Of a stretch of 64,000 nt of DNA, positions 60,253-64,000 are shown in pieces. This DNA is from Mailhella sp. (GTDB lineage Bacteria; Desulfobacterota; Desulfovibrionia; Desulfovibrionales; Desulfovibrionaceae): contig JAFQTU010000016.1 in assembly GCA_017408905.1 (NCBI GenBank), positions 520 through 64,519 of the forward strand, given 5' to 3'. Every line of letters starts with the position of its first letter. Positions within the stretch are counted from its first letter, which is position 1. A model generated the notes under the pieces. That model had not been told where the DNA came from. It was given only the letters and a program-made list of their open reading frames with translations, and made no database searches. Made by a program: the position numbers and the translations under genes.

Positions 60253-60389
60253 ACTAATCGGGCCTCGTTGTCAACTGAAAAATCATACGCCGTGCAAAAT
60301 CCCTGCCCCCGCTCTTGCCTCGCCGCCCTTTCCCTGACAAAAGAACGGAAGAGGCCCATGCCTGAACCGCTTTTCTTCCGAGGTCTGCC

Positions 60390-61289
60390 TTGTTCCCCGC
60401 CTACAGCCTGCATACCAAAGCCACCTTCATCGGCCTCAGCGCCCCGCTGTGCTGGGGTATGTCCATAGGCCTGACCCGCTGCATCACGGAATCCTTCGGC
60501 ATGGCGGCCGGGCTGGCCGTGTTCAACTGGGTGACGTGCGCCTTCCTCTTCCTTGTCCTCGGCCTGCCCGACCTCAGGAAATTCCCGAAGAAATTCCTCT
60601 TCCTCGGCGTGCCTATGGGCAATATCTACACCATCTGCTACTGCCTGTCGCTCTACCTTGCCGACGGCCCCCAGCAGACCGTGGAAGTGGGCATGGTGAA
60701 CTACCTCTGGCCCTGCCTCGTGGTGCTTTTTGCCGTGCTCTTCAACGGGCAGAAGGCCCGCTGGTGGCTCTGGCCCGGCGTTGCCGCCTGTTTTGCAGGC
60801 CTCGTCATGGTGCTTGGCGGAGAACAGGGCTTCAGCCTGCGCGAATTTCAGGAGCATATCCTCTCCAACCCGTGGAGCTACGGGCTGGCCTTTGCCGGAG
60901 CCGTAACATGGGGCGCGTATTCCAATGTGGTGCGGGCATGGTCCAACGGGCAGAACCCGGCCTTCATCGTGTTCTCTATCGACGCCCTCATGTTCACCGC
61001 GCTCTGGGCGGCTGGCTACGGCGACCTTTCCGGCGGGACTTTCCAAGGCTGGGTAAGCATAGTGCTGGGCGGGATAACCGTGGGCGGCGCCTATGCCGCG
61101 TGGAACTACGGCGTGACGCACGGCAACATCACGCTCATCGGCATAGCGTCCTACTTCACGCCGGTGCTCTCCTGCATCTTCTCTTCCCTGTGGCTGGGGG
61201 CCAGCATCTCCGGCCCGTTCTGGCTGGGCGTGGCCGTCCTCGTGGCCGGTTCGCTGGTCTGCTGGCATTCGACCCGGCACTCGGCATAA
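60390..61289 (+). CDS. yddG: EamA/DMT transporter, YddG-like aromatic amino acid exporter
   Basis: KATFIG..LCWG, EVGMVNYLWP, SYFTPVLS; about 10 transmembrane segments; TTG start with GAGG. Confidence 0.82.
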   Translation: MFPAYSLHTKATFIGLSAPLCWGMSIGLTRCITESFGMAAGLAVFNWVTCAFLFLVLGLPDLRKFPKKFLFLGVPMGNIYTICYCLSLYLADGPQQTVEVGMVNYLWPCLVVLFAVLFNGQKARWWLWPGVAACFAGLVMVLGGEQGFSLREFQEHILSNPWSYGLAFAGAVTWGAYSNVVRAWSNGQNPAFIVFSIDALMFTALWAAGYGDLSGGTFQGWVSIVLGGITVGGAYAAWNYGVTHGNITLIGIASYFTPVLSCIFSSLWLGASISGPFWLGVAVLVAGSLVCWHSTRHSA

Positions 61290-61314
61290 CCGTTCCTCCA
61301 AGCCCGCAGACAAG

Positions 61315-61350
61315 AAAAGCCCCGTTCCACAAAACATGGAGCGGGGCTTC
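61315..61350. terminator. Hairpin between convergent yddG and adk
   Basis: AAGCCCCGTTCCA...TGGAGCGGGGCTT. Confidence 0.65.
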
Positions 61351-61370
61351 CGTTGCGTTTGCTATGCCGC

Positions 61371-62042
61371 TTACTTCAGCTTGGCGAGCAGGTCTTCGCG
61401 GATGGCGTCGATAGTGCCGGAGCCGTCAAGGGCGATGTAGCAGGTCTCGCCCTTTTCAGCGAGGGCCTTGAAGTAGTAGGCCGCGGCAAGAGTGCCGTTG
61501 TTTTCATCATAGTAGATGTCGTGGCGCTTGTTGATGGCGGCTTCGTCCTGGTCGTCGGCGCGGGTCTTCAGAGCGCCGCCGCACACGCGGCAGACATCGC
61601 CGTTGGGCTTGATGGCGTCGATGAAAATATTGTTGGGGTGATTGTTGTTGTTCACGCAGAGGCGGCGGCCCATGATGCGGTCGCGGGCGGTGCTGCGGGG
61701 CAGGAGGATCTCGACCACGTAATCGAGCTTCATGCCTTCGGCCTTGAGGGCTTCGTCGAGCTTGCGGGCCTGTTCCATGTTGCGGGGGAAGCCGTCGAGC
61801 AGCCAGCCCTGATCGCCCTGATTCTTGAGGATGTCGAGCACCATGGGGATGGTGATTTCGTCGGGCACGAGTTCGCCCTTGTCGATATAGGCCTTGGCCT
61901 TCATGCCCAGTTCGGTGCCGCCGCCGATATGCTTACGGAAAATAGCACCGGACTCGATGTGGGCGATGCCGTACTTTTCCATGAGAAGAGCGCCCTGGGT
62001 GCCCTTGCCGCTGCCATTGGGGCCAAAAATCAGAATATTCAT
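61371..62042 (-). CDS. adk: Adenylate kinase with metal-binding LID (C..H..CxxC)
   Basis: GPNGSGKGTQ, GELVPD, LDGFPR, GRRLC.....H...CRVCGG, RADD. Confidence 0.97.
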   Translation of the reverse strand: MNILIFGPNGSGKGTQGALLMEKYGIAHIESGAIFRKHIGGGTELGMKAKAYIDKGELVPDEITIPMVLDILKNQGDQGWLLDGFPRNMEQARKLDEALKAEGMKLDYVVEILLPRSTARDRIMGRRLCVNNNNHPNNIFIDAIKPNGDVCRVCGGALKTRADDQDEAAINKRHDIYYDENNGTLAAAYYFKALAEKGETCYIALDGSGTIDAIREDLLAKLK

Positions 62043-62244
62043 CGTATCCTCTTGCGCAGATCACGCTTTCGCCGCGCATATCGCTATGCCCGGCTTCGAG
62101 GCGCAGGCCGCAAGCCTGCGCAGAACGGCTTTCACCGCCCTCAAGGTTAGAAACACCGTCACCGGACTTTCCGGCGGCGTCCTCTTCCGTGCCGCATCTG
62201 CGGCGTCCTCCCCTCGCGGAGAGGGAAATTCCTCTGCTCCGCCC

Positions 62245-63123
62245 TTACAGGGGCGGAAGCTCATGTTCCTCCACGATAACGGCCCGGCCTTCGGTGCGGA
62301 TATCATGGCAGCGCAGTTTATAGTCTTCCAAGTAGCGGAAACCCTCGTGCGCGAACTGGGCGTGGCTGGCCTCGCGGCGTATGCCCGGGCAGTCCTCCCG
62401 AGCCATTTCGAAGCTCACCTCGTCGATGAGGTTGCCGCGGAAGAAAGGCCACGCGCGGCAGACCGAGGGGCGGGCCGGATGGATGGTACAGCCCCGCCCT
62501 TCCTTGAAGAACATGCAGAAGCCGTCATCCCCGACTTTCAGCGTGGGCTTGCCGCCCATCATCTCGGCATAGCGGGCCAGCACTTCTTCCCCGGAAAGGC
62601 CGAAATGCACCGAAAGGCGCGTCAGGTCGCGCGGCCCGACAACGATGCCGCCGCGCCCTTCACAGCATTTGCCGCATCGCTGGCAGGCGAAGGTCTCGGT
62701 CTTGTCCCGGAAGAGCTGTTCGTGCACCGTTTTGATGCAGAGGTCTTCCACTACCTTGACCCCGGCCTCGAACATCAGCTTTCCGGCTTCGGGGCTCCGT
62801 ATGCCTTCCTGCATCCAGAAGACTTTCGGCATCTTGGGGAGCTGGAGCACTTCGCGGGCATGGCCTTCGCAGTACATGGAGTTCCTGAACAGGCAGACGA
62901 TATCCGGCTCGAAGCCCCATTCCGGCAGTTCGGTGATATTGTGCGCCGTGGGAAGCCCCCACGTCGTATCCCGCACCACATGGACGGGCATCACGTCGAA
63001 ACCGGCGTTGATCAGATAGCGGCCCACACGATCCGCAGGGGAACCGACATTGTCCTTAGCGCCGATGATGGCAATACGGCGCACCCGGCCCAGCAAGTCA
63101 CGAAGCTGATCGGTAAAAAGCAT
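62245..63123 (-). CDS. CoA-binding domain fused to a YkgJ-family cysteine-cluster domain
   Basis: N-half: IAIIGA...PADRVGRYL...FWMQEGI...VVEDLCIK. C-half: FACQRCGKCC...CMFF...CTIHPARPSVCRAWPF. Confidence 0.8.
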   Translation of the reverse strand: MLFTDQLRDLLGRVRRIAIIGAKDNVGSPADRVGRYLINAGFDVMPVHVVRDTTWGLPTAHNITELPEWGFEPDIVCLFRNSMYCEGHAREVLQLPKMPKVFWMQEGIRSPEAGKLMFEAGVKVVEDLCIKTVHEQLFRDKTETFACQRCGKCCEGRGGIVVGPRDLTRLSVHFGLSGEEVLARYAEMMGGKPTLKVGDDGFCMFFKEGRGCTIHPARPSVCRAWPFFRGNLIDEVSFEMAREDCPGIRREASHAQFAHEGFRYLEDYKLRCHDIRTEGRAVIVEEHELPPL

Positions 63124-63253
63124 GAAAACTCCAGAATTTTATCACGGGACAAGAGTACCCTAGCCCTACCAGCGGCTTTTTGCAACGGTTTGAAGCTCCT
63201 CCTGCAAGAAAAGCCGCCCCTGCCAAAGAAAAAGCCCGGGGACACCGGGCTCT

Positions 63254-63315
63254 ATTAAAAGTCTTTGGAAGATGGGGTGGGGTTCGGGGAGGGGAAGAAA
63301 GCTTTTCTCCAGAAA
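63254..63315. repeat. Truncated REP-like element (one arm only)
   Basis: ATTAAAAGTCTTTGGAAGA...GGGGAGGGGAAGAAAGCTTTTCTCCAGAAA resembles the reverse complement of 54372-54451, but the complementary arm is missing. Confidence 0.6.
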
Positions 63316-63414
63316 TCATACGTCGAGTATGAATACGTCCGATAATATCCATAACTAGCACGAATTATAGACTTTTATTTTGAAGAACGTCTTTCCAAGT
63401 CCTGTAAGATCCGC

Positions 63415-63442
63415 TTGAATCCCTAAAAATTGTGAGTATAAT
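63415..63442 (+). promoter_or_regulatory. Putative integrase promoter TTGAAT-N16-TATAAT overlapped by TG(T/A)GAGTAT direct repeats
   Basis: Repeats at 63431-63439 and 63443-63451, and an inverted GATACTC at 63462-63468. Confidence 0.6.
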
Positions 63443-63552
63443 TGAGAGTATCGAAAAACACGATACTCGCACCTAGCCGAGGATGAGCCGGGCCTATTGT
63501 CCGGCTACGTCCAAGGGGTATCATGATACGAGGTGCAGGACAAGGAGCTCAC

Positions 63553-64000
63553 ATGCCTCTTACCGATGTATTTATCCGCAGTCTGAAACCGCTCGAAAAG
63601 CCGTATAAGCATTTCGACGGTGGAGGGCTTCATATCCATGTCACGCCGAACGGAAGCAAGCTCTGGCGTATGTCCTATCGCTTTGACGGTAAGGGCAAGC
63701 TTCTGAGTTTCGGTGAATATCCGACCGTATCTTTAAAGGATGCTCGCGAGAAGCGCGAGGAGGCCAAGAAACTTCTGGCGCAGGGCATCGACCCATCCGT
63801 CTGGAAAAAGCAGGAGAAAGCCGCGAGACGCATAGCTCAGCGAGACACCTTCGAGAACATAGCACGAGAGTGGTACGACACACGAACCGTACATCTCACG
63901 GAGCGATATCGGCACAATCTTCTTAGGCGCTTCGAGAATCATGTATTCCCCAGAATCGGCAAGACGCCCATAACGCAGCTGGAAATATCGGACATCCTGG
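63553..64000 (+). CDS. P4-like tyrosine integrase, N-terminal part (arm-binding domain), 3' truncated by window edge; absent from the ORF track
   Basis: Manual translation: MPLTDVFIRSLKPLEKPYKHFDGGGLHIHVTPNGSKLWRMSYRFDGKGKLLSFGEYPTVSLKDAREKREEAKKLLAQGIDP...TFENIAREW...FENHVFPRIGKTPI; AAGGAG SD. Confidence 0.93.
   Translation, partial: MPLTDVFIRSLKPLEKPYKHFDGGGLHIHVTPNGSKLWRMSYRFDGKGKLLSFGEYPTVSLKDAREKREEAKKLLAQGIDPSVWKKQEKAARRIAQRDTFENIAREWYDTRTVHLTERYRHNLLRRFENHVFPRIGKTPITQLEISDIL

Larger units (their letters stand above)
63316..64000 (+). mobile_element. Left end of an integrative element (genomic island or prophage-like), continuing beyond the window
   Basis: Abrupt drop in GC and codon bias, GAGTAT repeats resembling arm-type sites, and an integrase gene. 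Confidence 0.75.

Overview
This is a GC-rich chromosomal segment, mostly core genes, inferred from the protein families to come from a Desulfovibrionaceae genome (gut-type, Mailhella/Bilophila-like). Both ends are accessory DNA. On the left (1-1150) are phage/island remnants downstream of tRNA-Pro. On the right (from about 63316) is the start of an integrative element with a P4-type integrase. In between are: tolB-pal; a Yersinia/Edwardsiella-type urease cluster (ureABC-EFGD, urea channel, amt) followed by a tandem Fluc (crcB) pair; comEC broken by one in-frame TGA; murA; tRNA-His; xth; ihfB; prfB without its usual frameshift; lnt; comM; lptD; alr; pyrK-pyrD; mntP; rnj; an orphan TRAP binding protein; an ArnT-like protein; plsY; hpf; pfkA; addAB; pyrG; secA; rlpA; dinB; a speA-CASDH-slyX-nspC polyamine cluster; a porin; a TetR regulator; a YddG-like exporter; adk; and a CoA-binding/YkgJ fusion. 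Two signals stand out. (1) A stretch of about 720 nt between addB and pyrG (44600-45322) is packed with hairpins. Its G-U wobble pattern points to a minus-strand RNA that repeatedly displays (C)GCCAU in loops, making it a candidate undescribed large structured ncRNA. (2) The pyrimidine enzymes have rewired active sites: a CTP synthase with a Cys-to-Ser, apparently glutaminase-dead domain, and a PyrD missing invariant residues, in a genome that carries a urease/Amt ammonia-generating module. All protein assignments rest on recognised sequence motifs; no database searches or folding programs were run.
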